Below are positions 19,707 to 29,101 of a stretch of 64,000 nucleotides of DNA, in pieces. Each line of letters opens with the position of its first letter. The first letter of the stretch is position 1. Origin of the DNA: Candidatus Heimdallarchaeum aukensis (GTDB taxonomy: Archaea; Asgardarchaeota; Heimdallarchaeia; Heimdallarchaeales; Heimdallarchaeaceae); contig CP084166.1 of NCBI GenBank assembly GCA_021513695.1, forward strand, positions 2,464,001 to 2,528,000. The letters are read 5' to 3'. The notes under the pieces were generated by a model. That model saw only the letters and a program-made list of their open reading frames with translations, did no database searches and was not told where the DNA came from. Both the position numbers and the translations under genes were made by a program.

Positions 19707-20714
19707 AAGCATGTCCAAAAATTAATTTTTATTAATGTGGGGGTTTATGTCGGAATTATGAGTTTCTTTCAGATCATAGACCCCCACAAACTAAGAGAAT
19801 TCATAATTATGAATGAACCTTTCCTTAAGAAATTGGTGGATGAGAAAACGAGAGAAAGCAAGAAAGGAAGAAAAAAATAGCAGAAAGATGGGTAATATTA
19901 GCAATAACAATCATTGCAAGAATAGAAGGGATAGCCTGGAGGAAGTTAGAAGAAAAGTTGCCTCTATGCGATTTTTTGATAGAAGAGGGGTGGATGAGGA
20001 AGATTCCTTCTAAATCTACTTTTCATGCAGTGTGGGAAGCAACAGAAATTAAAATTTTAGAGCAGTGGATAATAGATTTAGGGGGAGAAATAGTGAGAAA
20101 AAAAGGGTTGAAAGCTATGGCAGTGGACAGTTCAGGGTTTAAAATTCGTTAAGCTTCTGTTTGGCGTTTTCTCAAGTGGTCAAGAGGGACACTAAAGAAA
20201 TCCTCCCAACTAAACTTTTCTGGAAGATACACCTTATAGTTGGTTTACCCTCCAGAGCTGTAGTCTCTCTAGCTCATTCAGCTAGTAACACTCACGATAG
20301 TAAAGTCTTCGGTTTACTATGGCAGAAACTTCCTTCTGCACTCTTAAGACCGTTCTTGAGATTCTATGATGACTGCGCCTACTGGACAGAAAATATCGTC
20401 GGTCTTCTTAGCCAACATTCTTTTTTCCCTGTTATTCCCCCAAAAAGTAATGCTCGTTATCCCTCTCCTCCTCCCCTCGGACCAATAGTTCAAGCTCATC
20501 GTCTCTACCCTGGTCTCTATCGTCGTAATCATCACCCCGAGTATCGTAGTAGTATTGAACATGTCTTTGGTCTTCTCAAACTCTCTCTTCCGCCCATCCT
20601 TGATCGTTTACCCTCTACTATTCTTTCTACGCTTTACAGTTCTCTTCTCTGTTACAACTACCTTTTACTCCTTCGGACCGTTTAGTAGGTGAAAAAGAAT
20701 TTTTGGACATGCTT
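19707..20714 (+). mobile_element. IS element of about 1008 bp (IS5/IS4 superfamily, DDE_Tnp_1 transposase), copy 1, with a decayed transposase
   Basis: Terminal inverted repeats AAGCATGTCCAAAAATT and AATTTTTGGACATGCTT. It is flanked by TATATA on both sides. It is about 95% identical to the copy at 56260..57268, but in opposite orientation. Confidence 0.8.
19813..20685 (+). pseudogene. transposase of the IS5/IS4 superfamily broken into at least three frames (19813..20013, 19958..20152, 20161..20685)
   Basis: The fragments match orfA and orfB of the copy at 56.3 kb (AVDSSGFKIR, FYDDCAYWTENIVG, SSIEHVFGLLK). There are additional indels relative to that copy. Confidence 0.7.
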
Positions 20715-20783
20715 TATATAAAACGAAATTATCGACACTTTTGTATGCAATATTTTATAATTTGTTATTTTTTGTTTTAGTTA

Positions 20784-22421
20784 ATGAGTGAAAAAGTAAC
20801 AAAAAAGAAATTACGTGAATTAACACTTTGGGGAAAGGAAGAACCTGAAAAGCTTAGTGAAGGATTAGTAAAAGAGCTTAGTTTACTTATTCCTTCTTGG
20901 AAAATTAAGGAATTAAAAGAAGAAGAATTAGAACAAGAAGTGAGTATACCTCCTAACAGTTTGTCAGAAAAACAAATAGCAGAGTTAAAAGAAATTGTAG
21001 GAGAGAATAATCTAAATTTGGATGCTATTACTAGAATCATGTATTCTCATGGAGGAGCAGGAGAAGATTTAATTAGAGTTAGAACAGCTAATTTTTCTTT
21101 GTTAACTGAAGCAGTTGTTCATCCAGAAACAGAAGAACAAATTATCGCTGTGATGAAATTCTGTGAAAAAAACAATCTTTCTCTGATAGTAGTGGGAGGA
21201 AGAACAGGAGTTACACGGGCTACAAATCTATCAAAAAAAGGAATAACAATAGATTTACGTCCACATTTTACAAAAATAATTCACTTTGATAAAGAACAGT
21301 TATTAGTTAGAGTTCAAACAGGAATCTTGGGGCCAGAGTTGGAGGATTATTTACAGAGAAGAGGATGTACTCTAGGTCATTTTCCCCAATCTTTTGAACA
21401 ATCTTCTGTTGGAGGATGGATCGCTTCAAGAAGTGCAGGACAAAATTCTTCTTTAGTAGGAAAAATAGAAGATATGGTTATTAGCCTTCGAGTTTGCACT
21501 CCTCAGGGTATAGTAGAATCACACCTTTCTCCTGCTAGAGCTACTGGTCCCCAGTGGTTCAGATATTTTATTGGCAGTGAAGGAACATTAGGAATTATTA
21601 CTGAAGCTGTGCTTAAAATCAGGACCGATGAAACAAGAAACAGAAAATTTGCTAGTTTTATGTTTCCTTCTTTTCAAGATGGAATAAACGCAATGAGAGA
21701 AATATATCAAGGAGAATTTATTCCAGCTATCGGTAGACTTTCATGTGGAAATGAAACACAAGCCTATTTGCTCTTAAATAGGGAAGGAAAGGTGAGATTA
21801 AAAGATAAACTAATAGAATTTATATTGAAAACCCTCAAATTTTACCCAATGCGACGAGCAGTATTTCTTACTGTCTTTGAAGGAAGTAAAGAATATGTAA
21901 AAAAAGCCAAAAAGAGAGTAAAAAAGATAGCTTTAAGACATAAAGGATTGCCTGCTGGAGGGAGTTATTCTAAAAAATGGTTTGAAGATCGATTTGAACA
22001 TCCACATTTAAGAGACAGCTTGCTAGATAAAGGACTTATAGTAGATACTCTTGAGACAGCTAGTACTTGGGATAATGTTCCTATATTAGAGAAAAAAGTG
22101 AAAGAAGCAGTAAAAGATATTTGCCCACTAACTATTGCTCATCTTTCTCATAGTTATCCATCTGGTTCAGCAATATACTTTACTTTCTTCATACCTTTAC
22201 AGAAAAACAAAGGATTAGAACAAATTAGAGAGTTGCAGAAGAGAGTAATTACTACTTTTCAAAAAAATGGAGGAGTAGTTTCTCACCACCATGGTATAGG
22301 TAAAGCATTCAAAGAGTGGGGAAAGAAAGAGTGGGGAGAAACAGCTTTAAAAATGGCTGAAGGAGTAAAAAAAGAACTAGATCCTGATAATATTCTTAAT
22401 CCTGATAATTTTCCTTTTTAA
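20784..22421 (+). CDS. FAD-linked oxidase of the PCMH/FAD_binding_4 type with a C-terminal HHH loop; alkyl-dihydroxyacetonephosphate synthase (AGPS)-like
   Basis: FAD_binding_4-like core LSLIVVGGRTGVTRA...GGWIASRSAG...GSEGTLGIITEAVLKI. The C-terminus has VVSHHHGIGKAFKEW, the His-His-His loop characteristic of alkyl-DHAP synthases. There is also an N-terminal extension of about 100 aa. Confidence 0.65.
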   Translation: MSEKVTKKKLRELTLWGKEEPEKLSEGLVKELSLLIPSWKIKELKEEELEQEVSIPPNSLSEKQIAELKEIVGENNLNLDAITRIMYSHGGAGEDLIRVRTANFSLLTEAVVHPETEEQIIAVMKFCEKNNLSLIVVGGRTGVTRATNLSKKGITIDLRPHFTKIIHFDKEQLLVRVQTGILGPELEDYLQRRGCTLGHFPQSFEQSSVGGWIASRSAGQNSSLVGKIEDMVISLRVCTPQGIVESHLSPARATGPQWFRYFIGSEGTLGIITEAVLKIRTDETRNRKFASFMFPSFQDGINAMREIYQGEFIPAIGRLSCGNETQAYLLLNREGKVRLKDKLIEFILKTLKFYPMRRAVFLTVFEGSKEYVKKAKKRVKKIALRHKGLPAGGSYSKKWFEDRFEHPHLRDSLLDKGLIVDTLETASTWDNVPILEKKVKEAVKDICPLTIAHLSHSYPSGSAIYFTFFIPLQKNKGLEQIRELQKRVITTFQKNGGVVSHHHGIGKAFKEWGKKEWGETALKMAEGVKKELDPDNILNPDNFPF

Positions 22422-22559
22422 TACTTTTTTCTCTACTTAACACATCTAATTTTAATATTAAGAAAATAGGGTTCGTTTATAATATAAATTAATAGATTAA
22501 AAATAGCGCTCGCTTGAAAAATTAGCTGTTATGAATTAGAAAAAACTAAATAACCTTTT

Positions 22560-24212
22560 ATGCAATGCGAAATTATGCATAGAAATAGACAAATACAAAA
22601 ACTTCAGACAGAAATTTTTGATATTATCGTCATCGGTGGAGGGATAAATGGGTTAGGAGTAGCTCGTGATGCAGCTTTAAGAGGGTTAAAGGTTGCTTTA
22701 ATTGAAAAAGGAGATTTTGGTTCAGGAACAAGCTCAGCTAGTGCTAAGTTAATCCATGGAGGATTGAGATATTTAGAAACTTATCAGTTTAAAATAGTAT
22801 TAGAAAGTGTGAAAGAACGTAATATCCAATTAAAGGTCGCTCCTCATATAGTAAAACCTATTCATTTTGTTATTCCCACTTTTAAGGGTGATAGAGTAAA
22901 GAAATGGTTGATATTGTTAGGTTTATATGTTTATGACCTTTTTTCTATGTTTAAGAGACCTAGACATAAAAATCTAAGCAAAAAAAGGATTTTGGAACTA
23001 GTTCCATGGCTAAAAAAGGAAAAACTGAACGGTGGAGGGTTATATTGCGACGCTATAACCGATGATGCTAGATTGTGTTTGATTAATGCCCAAGCTGCTT
23101 ATGAAAATGGTGCAGTTATATTAAATTATATTCAAGCAAAGGACATAGTAAGAGAAAAGGATAATTGGTTGGTTTGTGCAAAAGATAAGATAGAAAATAA
23201 AGAAATAGAAATAAGAGGACGTACTGTTGTTTCTGTTGCTGGAGTATGGACAAAAAATCTTCTCTATAAAGAGGAAAAAGTACCAAGTATTTTATTTTCA
23301 AAAGGTTCACATTTGGTTTTTCCACAAAAATTCAAAGACTTTGGAATAACTTACAGTTATCAATCTAGAAAAGGAGGAGGATATATTATTCCATGGAAAA
23401 ATGTGACCCTTATAGGTACAACAGATAATATTTGTGACAATATTGAGGAAGCTAATCTAACACCAAAAGAAGATATTGAATTCCTTCATAAGGAAGTAAA
23501 CAGACTATGTGGTAAGAGTTCGTTCTTCGCTAAGGATCAAATACAAGCAACTTTTGCTGGAATAAGACCTCTCTTTATTGATAAAAAGGAGAAAGAAAAA
23601 GAGATAACTGATATATCTCGTGAATACAAAATTACAGAATTAGAAAAAGGGTTAATCGTTGTTATAGGTGGAAAACTCACTACATATAGATTACTCGCTA
23701 AAAAAGTAGTAGATAAAATAACAAAGAAACATTTGAAAATTAGAAGAAAATGTTTAACTCATAAAGCAAAGTTACCAGGGTCAGACGTGGAAAACTATGA
23801 AAAAGAAGAAAAAAGAATTCTTAAAGAATTAGAGTCAATGAATATAGAACCAATTTGCGCTTCACACTTAATAAACACGTACGGTACAAGAGTAGATAAA
23901 ATAATAGAAATAGCAAAAGAAAAACCATCTTTAAAGGATAGAATCTCACAAAATAAACCAATCATTAAGGCAGAAATAGAATATATGCTTGCTAATGAGT
24001 TTGTTGAAACACTAGAAGATATAATGATTAGACGTACATGGTTAAACCTTGAACAAGATCACGGTTTTGATTGTCTTGATTATATTTCCAATTGTTTAAG
24101 AAAAGAATACGAGAAAAAGCATTCAAAAGAAAAAGCTACAGAGATGATTAATCAGCAACTTATAAGCTATAAGGAATATATATCAAAAATGGAGAAAAGA
24201 ATAAATTATTGA
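22560..24212 (+). CDS. FAD-dependent glycerol-3-phosphate dehydrogenase (GlpA/GlpD family)
   Basis: N-terminal FDIIVIGGGINGLGVARDAALRGLKVALIEKGDFGSGTSSASAKLIHGGLRYLE is the DAO-family G3P dehydrogenase signature. The C-terminal region is consistent with DAO_C. Confidence 0.7.
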   Translation: MQCEIMHRNRQIQKLQTEIFDIIVIGGGINGLGVARDAALRGLKVALIEKGDFGSGTSSASAKLIHGGLRYLETYQFKIVLESVKERNIQLKVAPHIVKPIHFVIPTFKGDRVKKWLILLGLYVYDLFSMFKRPRHKNLSKKRILELVPWLKKEKLNGGGLYCDAITDDARLCLINAQAAYENGAVILNYIQAKDIVREKDNWLVCAKDKIENKEIEIRGRTVVSVAGVWTKNLLYKEEKVPSILFSKGSHLVFPQKFKDFGITYSYQSRKGGGYIIPWKNVTLIGTTDNICDNIEEANLTPKEDIEFLHKEVNRLCGKSSFFAKDQIQATFAGIRPLFIDKKEKEKEITDISREYKITELEKGLIVVIGGKLTTYRLLAKKVVDKITKKHLKIRRKCLTHKAKLPGSDVENYEKEEKRILKELESMNIEPICASHLINTYGTRVDKIIEIAKEKPSLKDRISQNKPIIKAEIEYMLANEFVETLEDIMIRRTWLNLEQDHGFDCLDYISNCLRKEYEKKHSKEKATEMINQQLISYKEYISKMEKRINY

Positions 24213-24355
24213 AAAGATAAACTTAATTTTGCACAAAGTAACTGTAATCCAATCTTGTTGTCAGTACGACAGAAGTAAATCAGTTTTATATAGTAAATTG
24301 AAATGTTTACTGATGTTTACTATATCTTTATTAAGTCATTAGCATAAATTTCTCT

Positions 24356-24901
24356 TTGATGAAAAAAGCAGTATATTTAACTAAGTTTGTATTTATAGTT
24401 TTAATTCTATCTTATTCAGCAATAATCACCTTTTCAGAAAATACAAATGAAAATGATTATTTCTTTTCTATAAACTTACTATCTCCTAATCCTTCTTGCT
24501 GTCCTAATGAATATGCCTACCAAATGGAAGAAGAATTACCAAAAATTGGTATTAATATTAGTCACCATGAATCAACCGGTTGGGGTAATATTATGCCCAG
24601 AACATGGGGTTATCCCGTTGGTGAAGAAGGTAAGTTTGATTATATACCCACCTATGAAGAAGGAGGATACGATATCCTCTTTGTAGGTTGGTGTTGGAAA
24701 CTAGATTGGGATCCAACAGGACTGTTTGATTCACCAAGTATAGTGCCGAACGGAGATAATGTATACCAATATAACAATCCTGAATTTGATACAAAGCTTG
24801 TTGAGTATACGACTGAACTAAATGATGAAGAACGTATTGAAAAAGCAAAAGAATTACAAGCTATTATTTATGAAGACCTGCCAGCTATAACCATGACTTA
24901 A
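24356..24901 (+). CDS. signal peptide plus C-terminal-lobe segment of an SBP_bac_5 solute-binding protein, truncated at an inversion junction
   Basis: - Signal peptide MMKKAVYLTKFVFIVLILSYSAIITFSE.
- IGINIS...DILFVGWCWKLDWDPTGLF...YNNPEFDTKLVE...KAKELQAIIYEDLPAI corresponds to the C-lobe and C-terminus of the family.
- It ends at LPAITMT*, about 30 aa short of the paralog at 19087..19676. Confidence 0.5.
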   Translation: MMKKAVYLTKFVFIVLILSYSAIITFSENTNENDYFFSINLLSPNPSCCPNEYAYQMEEELPKIGINISHHESTGWGNIMPRTWGYPVGEEGKFDYIPTYEEGGYDILFVGWCWKLDWDPTGLFDSPSIVPNGDNVYQYNNPEFDTKLVEYTTELNDEERIEKAKELQAIIYEDLPAITMT

Positions 24902-25417
24902 TGCACTTAAGGCGAAGCCATAAGGTTTTTTGAATTTAAATTCTACTGTATCATTATCTATCGCCTTAATTGAATCGTTATTTTCGAACAAGCTTGTTAG
25001 TTCTTTGTAAAATGGTGTGTTTAGCGCTTTTGTCATAAACAGTTCATACGTATAATCTACATCATAAGCTGTTACTTTATCCCCATTAGAGAAATAGGCG
25101 TTGGGATTAATATCTACTCTAATTACTTTCTTATCTTCGCTAATGGTGTAATTTTTAGCTATAACTGGTTCCATCAGATGAGTTTCCTGAGAACGTTCAA
25201 AAAGTCCATAATAGACACAATTCATCCATAGTTTATCATAATATGATTCTTGTATAAAAATGCTGTATTCTGTTAACTCTGCGGGGATAGTCCAACTAAT
25301 ATTATCTCCACCTATTTTTTCCCAATTTTCTGAACGATGAGCACTGTTAATTAATAAAGTAGGATCAATACCTTTGACACTCTTATTGCACAGATAAATT
25401 TCTTCGAAGTAAAGCAT
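24854..25417 (-). pseudogene. inverted segment encoding the N-terminal lobe of an SBP_bac_5 protein (no signal peptide)
   Basis: Minus-strand translation ...YYGLFERSQETHLMEPVIAKNYTISEDKKVIRVDINPNAYFSNGDKVTAYDVDYTYELF...TVEFKFKKPYGFA matches the SBP_bac_5 N-lobe, including the DG.x.TA.DV.ys.e motif. It lies between two plus-strand SBP_bac_5 pieces. Confidence 0.5.
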
Positions 25418-25516
25418 GGTATAATAAACAAAAAACTAGTAAGTCAATATATAGAAGAAAATGGATACAAACTTACAGTCCTAGATCAAGCTCTGGTAAC
25501 AAGCACAGGACCATAC

Positions 25517-26128
25517 ATGCTAAATGTTTCTGAGTTTAATACAAGTAAAAGTATAGTAACACTCAGACCAAATCCATATTGGTCTATTACAGAAAAAAAA
25601 CCAGTAAACAAACTAATATTCCAGTACATAAGTGGTAAAGATACAGCAATTAGTGCTTTAGCAAATGGTACAATAGATATAGTTGATTCAAGTTATTGCA
25701 CAAAAGAAACAGATTTTGAAAATGTAGAAGTGAATATCCTAATAGCTAAAAGTATGAATACAGAAGAAATGGCTATAAATATGAAACACCCAATAATAGG
25801 AACAGGAGAACTTACACCTCTAGGAACGGCAGAAGCAGCAAAAAAAATACGCCAAGCGATAAGTCATGCAGTACCAAGAGAAACACTAGTAGAAAAAATA
25901 TTTTATGGAACAGCTATCCCAGGAGTGACTCCAATGCCAGAAGGATGTATAGGTTTTGATTCGTCATTAGAACCCTTTACTTATGACATATATCTAGCTA
26001 TTCAACTAATTGAGGAAGCAGGATTTACAAGAAATATTACAACAGACACAACAGGAAATGCTACATTAATAGTAGTAACATTGATTTCTATTTGTTATGC
26101 TGTAATCTTAAAAAGGAAAAAGAAATAA
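25517..26128 (+). CDS. middle segment of an SBP_bac_5 protein with C-terminal TM anchor
   Basis: - TLRPNPYW...LIFQYISGKDTAISALANGTIDIV...AISHAVPRETLVEKIFYGTAIPG matches the central part of the family.
- The frame is actually open from 25358, and SBP homology starts near 25430 with KKLVSQYIEENGYKL.
- It ends in the TM anchor GNATLIVVTLISICYAVILKRKKK.
- It has no signal peptide and no C-lobe. Confidence 0.5.
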   Translation: MLNVSEFNTSKSIVTLRPNPYWSITEKKPVNKLIFQYISGKDTAISALANGTIDIVDSSYCTKETDFENVEVNILIAKSMNTEEMAINMKHPIIGTGELTPLGTAEAAKKIRQAISHAVPRETLVEKIFYGTAIPGVTPMPEGCIGFDSSLEPFTYDIYLAIQLIEEAGFTRNITTDTTGNATLIVVTLISICYAVILKRKKK

Positions 26129-26262
26129 ATTAAATCCTTCTATTAGATAACACAGCAATGAAACAATATCTCATATATATAAAGGGATTTAGGGATATTA
26201 TTCATAATTTCATATTTTCCTCTTCTATAAATATGCTCTATGTTTGTTGAACAATAAATCTA

Positions 26263-26988
26263 CTAATCATCATCTTGTAATTTTTTTTCATCTTTTTTTC
26301 TTACCCTATCTGTGAATTTAGCCAATCTGTTGTATATAAAATTGCCAAAAAGTTTCTCGATTATTGCTGGAGGAAGACCTTCTTTTTTCCTATTTAGTAT
26401 AAGTTGAGAATAGATATCATCAAAAGAATTAACAAAACCTTTATCCTCAACTATCCAGTGTTGTAAGACAACAAGGTCGTTTTTCCCATCCCAGTCAATG
26501 GTGGGAATTTGCTCTTTTGTTATTTTACCTTGTTTAAGCAAAGATTCATACAAAGCTTTGTCTAAAAGTGATTCACAAGAAATCCACAGGTTGTCCAAAA
26601 AACATTCACACCAAAAGTGGCTAGCTTGATTAGAAATTTTATTGTAAACAAAATTAGGAACAAGTGGTTTTAGAAATTCCTTTAAAGCTGATGATACTCT
26701 GAGCCTAGAAGGAATACCAACAGCTCGAAGAAAAGCCATATGAAGAGAAGTCTTATTTGCACATTCACCATAACCTTTTTTCAAAGTCCTAGAAGCTCGA
26801 GCATCAACATTTGAAATGCCAAACTTAATATTATCTCTTACCCAATAAAAAATCCTTAAAGCTTTATCAAGTTGAGTAGTTGCTCCCTCTACAATCTCAA
26901 TAACTTTATCTTGGATAACAGGATTGTTAAAATCACAACTTCGTGTGGGTTGGAGAAAAAGTTCTAGATCATTGTTAATTTTATGCAT
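26263..26988 (-). CDS. transglutaminase-like cysteine protease superfamily protein
   Basis: GYGECANKTSLHMAFLRAVGIPSRL matches the transglutaminase core G.C..fA.....lRa.GIPaR with the catalytic Cys. A downstream His (ASHFWCE) and Asp are present. Confidence 0.65.
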   Translation of the reverse strand: MHKINNDLELFLQPTRSCDFNNPVIQDKVIEIVEGATTQLDKALRIFYWVRDNIKFGISNVDARASRTLKKGYGECANKTSLHMAFLRAVGIPSRLRVSSALKEFLKPLVPNFVYNKISNQASHFWCECFLDNLWISCESLLDKALYESLLKQGKITKEQIPTIDWDGKNDLVVLQHWIVEDKGFVNSFDDIYSQLILNRKKEGLPPAIIEKLFGNFIYNRLAKFTDRVRKKDEKKLQDDD

Positions 26989-27247
26989 ATCTAGTCATCT
27001 TTTCTGTAAAAAAGTATGCGTTCCTATTCTTATATCTTTTGAAAAATTTAAAGATGTTTGGAAGGTTTAAAGAGACGCAAGCCTAAAAAAATTCTTCTGT
27101 GCTAATTTAAATTAAAATAAGAAGTCTTCTATAAATTTTTTTTGCCAATGGGTACTTTTCCGATTATCTCTCTTCGATAGCTGAAGTTTAAGTATTAAGT
27201 TTAAATTGATAAAATTGAAAAGAAAAAATGGAAAATACTATAAACAT

Positions 27248-27376
27248 TCATCTTTTATTTTTAGCTGCTGCACGTTGAGCTCTGGATTTAAAAGCTTGGT
27301 TTTTTCCTGTCTTATCTGCATGGCTTTGTATTCGTCTCGCAGCTTTACTGGTCATAGGTTTTGTTTTCTTTGTCAT
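27248..27376 (-). CDS. small basic protein (43 aa), hand-called
   Basis: Hand translation gives MTKKTKPMTSKAARRIQSHADKTGKNQAFKSRAQRAAAKNKR, and it overlaps a probably spurious plus-strand ORF at 27206..27406. There is no database support, so it could equally be noise. Confidence 0.25.
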   Translation of the reverse strand: MTKKTKPMTSKAARRIQSHADKTGKNQAFKSRAQRAAAKNKR

Positions 27377-27462
27377 GTTATCACCTTTTTAATAATGTCT
27401 TTGTAAAAAAAGTAAAAAAATATTCTCTCTTAAAGTAAAAATTGCTTTTTTATTATAAAAAT

Positions 27463-28110
27463 TTAATTTGCAATTGTAAAGTATTTAGCAGCGAATCTGC
27501 CTGCATTTGTTAATTTAATAATATTATTTCTTCCTTCTTTTTTATTTTCAATGAGATTCTCTTTTTCAAGTTTATTTATATAATAACTTACAAGTTGAGG
27601 TCTTATATTCAGAACATCACTGATCTCTGAATTAGCTGAACAAATTTTTCCTCCTCTTTCAAGTATGAGTGTAAGTATTTTTTTGGCATTATCTTTTATG
27701 TCATCTAATTGGACTTTTGGAATGGGAAGCTTAATTATTCTATCACTTAATGGATCATTATTTTTTGGTTCTTTAATATAATAAATCTCTGAACCAGAAA
27801 AAAATCCTGCTATTACACCAGCTGATGACATGATTTTTGTACCTCCTGTAATGTTTATGTGGATTCTATTACCAATGTTCTTCTTGATAATACTAAGAAT
27901 TTTAACTACAACATCTTCTAAATCAAATTTATCAACTTCAACTAATGTACAATTAATAAATAGTTTTTCAGTTAGTGCTCTAATTGAATTAGCCTCTGTT
28001 TTTGATCCTTCATTGTAAAGAAGAAATATATCATCAATTTGATATGCATTTATTCCTTCAATTATTGGTTTTGGTGTCAATCCAACTGTCATAATATGTA
28101 CATTTCGCAT
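27463..28110 (-). CDS. Csa3-like transcriptional regulator: CARF (CRISPR-associated Rossmann fold) sensor domain plus C-terminal winged HTH
   Basis: N-terminal MTVGLTPKPIIEGI...HINITGGTKIMSSAGVIAG carries the CARF D/N-x-T-G-G-T-K signature. The C-terminal wHTH is SEISDVLNIRPQLVSYYINKLEKENLIE. It is divergent from the viperin gene. Confidence 0.7.
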   Translation of the reverse strand: MRNVHIMTVGLTPKPIIEGINAYQIDDIFLLYNEGSKTEANSIRALTEKLFINCTLVEVDKFDLEDVVVKILSIIKKNIGNRIHINITGGTKIMSSAGVIAGFFSGSEIYYIKEPKNNDPLSDRIIKLPIPKVQLDDIKDNAKKILTLILERGGKICSANSEISDVLNIRPQLVSYYINKLEKENLIENKKEGRNNIIKLTNAGRFAAKYFTIAN

Positions 28111-28119
28111 GATTTAGAT

Positions 28120-28216
28120 AATGAAAAAATATTTAAAAATATATGGTTGTATAATACAAAATTTTTTTTAATTATAAAAATAAAATTTTTAATATTGGGT
28201 TATTATAACATTATCT
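28120..28216. promoter_or_regulatory. divergent AT-rich promoter region between the CARF-wHTH regulator and viperin; TATA-like box aattataaaaataaaa about 40 bp upstream of the viperin ATG
   Basis: Sequence only. TTTAWA-type elements sit about 25-45 bp upstream of both divergent starts. No experimental support. Confidence 0.25.
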
Positions 28217-29095
28217 ATGAATTCCGGATTAATCGATAGGGAAACAATAAGAATGCAATCTCGTAAGTTAGTAAGTGTTAACTGGCATCTGTGGCCAAGA
28301 TGCATGAATAATTGTTCTTTTTGTTTTGGAAGATTTAATGAGATTAAAACGACCTTAAATAGAGAAAATGCGCTAAGAATTTTAAGAATCCTAGTAGATA
28401 GTGGAACTGAAAAAATTTCTTTTACAGGAGGAGAACCATTATTATGCCCTCATTTGGGAGAGTTGATAAAAGAAAGTCATAATTTAGGCTTAACAACAAT
28501 GTTGATAACAAGTGGTACAATTCTAAATACAAAATTTATTGAAGAACATCATAGGTATTTAGATTGGATCGCCTTGAGTGTTGATAGTTCAAATGAGCAT
28601 ATCCAAAAACAATTAGGAAGAGGAAACGGAAATCATGTTCACAAGATTAAAAAATTATCAAAAGATATACATTCCTATAATATCAATTTAAAAATTAATA
28701 CAGTAGTAACAAAACTTAACTGGAATGAGGACATGACTGAATTTATAGAAGAAATTGCCCCTGTTAGATGGAAAGTTTTTCAAGTCCTAAAGATTGTGGG
28801 ACAAAATGATGGTACAATAGATCAGTTGCTTATTTCTGAAGAAGAATTCAATGTTTTCGTTAAAACCCACAATCATCTGAAACCAGTAGTAGAATCTAAT
28901 AAAGATATGAAAGGCTCTTATATAATGTTAGATGCATTAGGTAGATTCTTTCAAAATTCTAATGGTTACTTACAATATAGTCAATCTATATTGGAAATTG
29001 ATCCAATAAAGGCTATTATACAGGTGGGTTGGGATTATAACAAATTTATAAAAAGAGGTGGATTATACAATTGGAATATAAAAGGGGGAGGTTAA
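28217..29095 (+). CDS. prokaryotic viperin (pVip), radical-SAM antiviral nucleotide-modifying enzyme
   Basis: - Radical-SAM motif CMNNCSFCFG, CxxxCxxC.
- Strong identity to the viperin core: SVNWHLWPRCMNNCSFCFGRF...ISFTGGEPLL, KINTVVTKLNWNEDMTEFIEEIAPVRWKVFQVLKI (compare NPVRWKVFQCL in human viperin), and C-terminal FIKRGGLYNW. Confidence 0.9.
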   Translation: MNSGLIDRETIRMQSRKLVSVNWHLWPRCMNNCSFCFGRFNEIKTTLNRENALRILRILVDSGTEKISFTGGEPLLCPHLGELIKESHNLGLTTMLITSGTILNTKFIEEHHRYLDWIALSVDSSNEHIQKQLGRGNGNHVHKIKKLSKDIHSYNINLKINTVVTKLNWNEDMTEFIEEIAPVRWKVFQVLKIVGQNDGTIDQLLISEEEFNVFVKTHNHLKPVVESNKDMKGSYIMLDALGRFFQNSNGYLQYSQSILEIDPIKAIIQVGWDYNKFIKRGGLYNWNIKGGG

Positions 29096-29101
29096 ATATC
29101 T

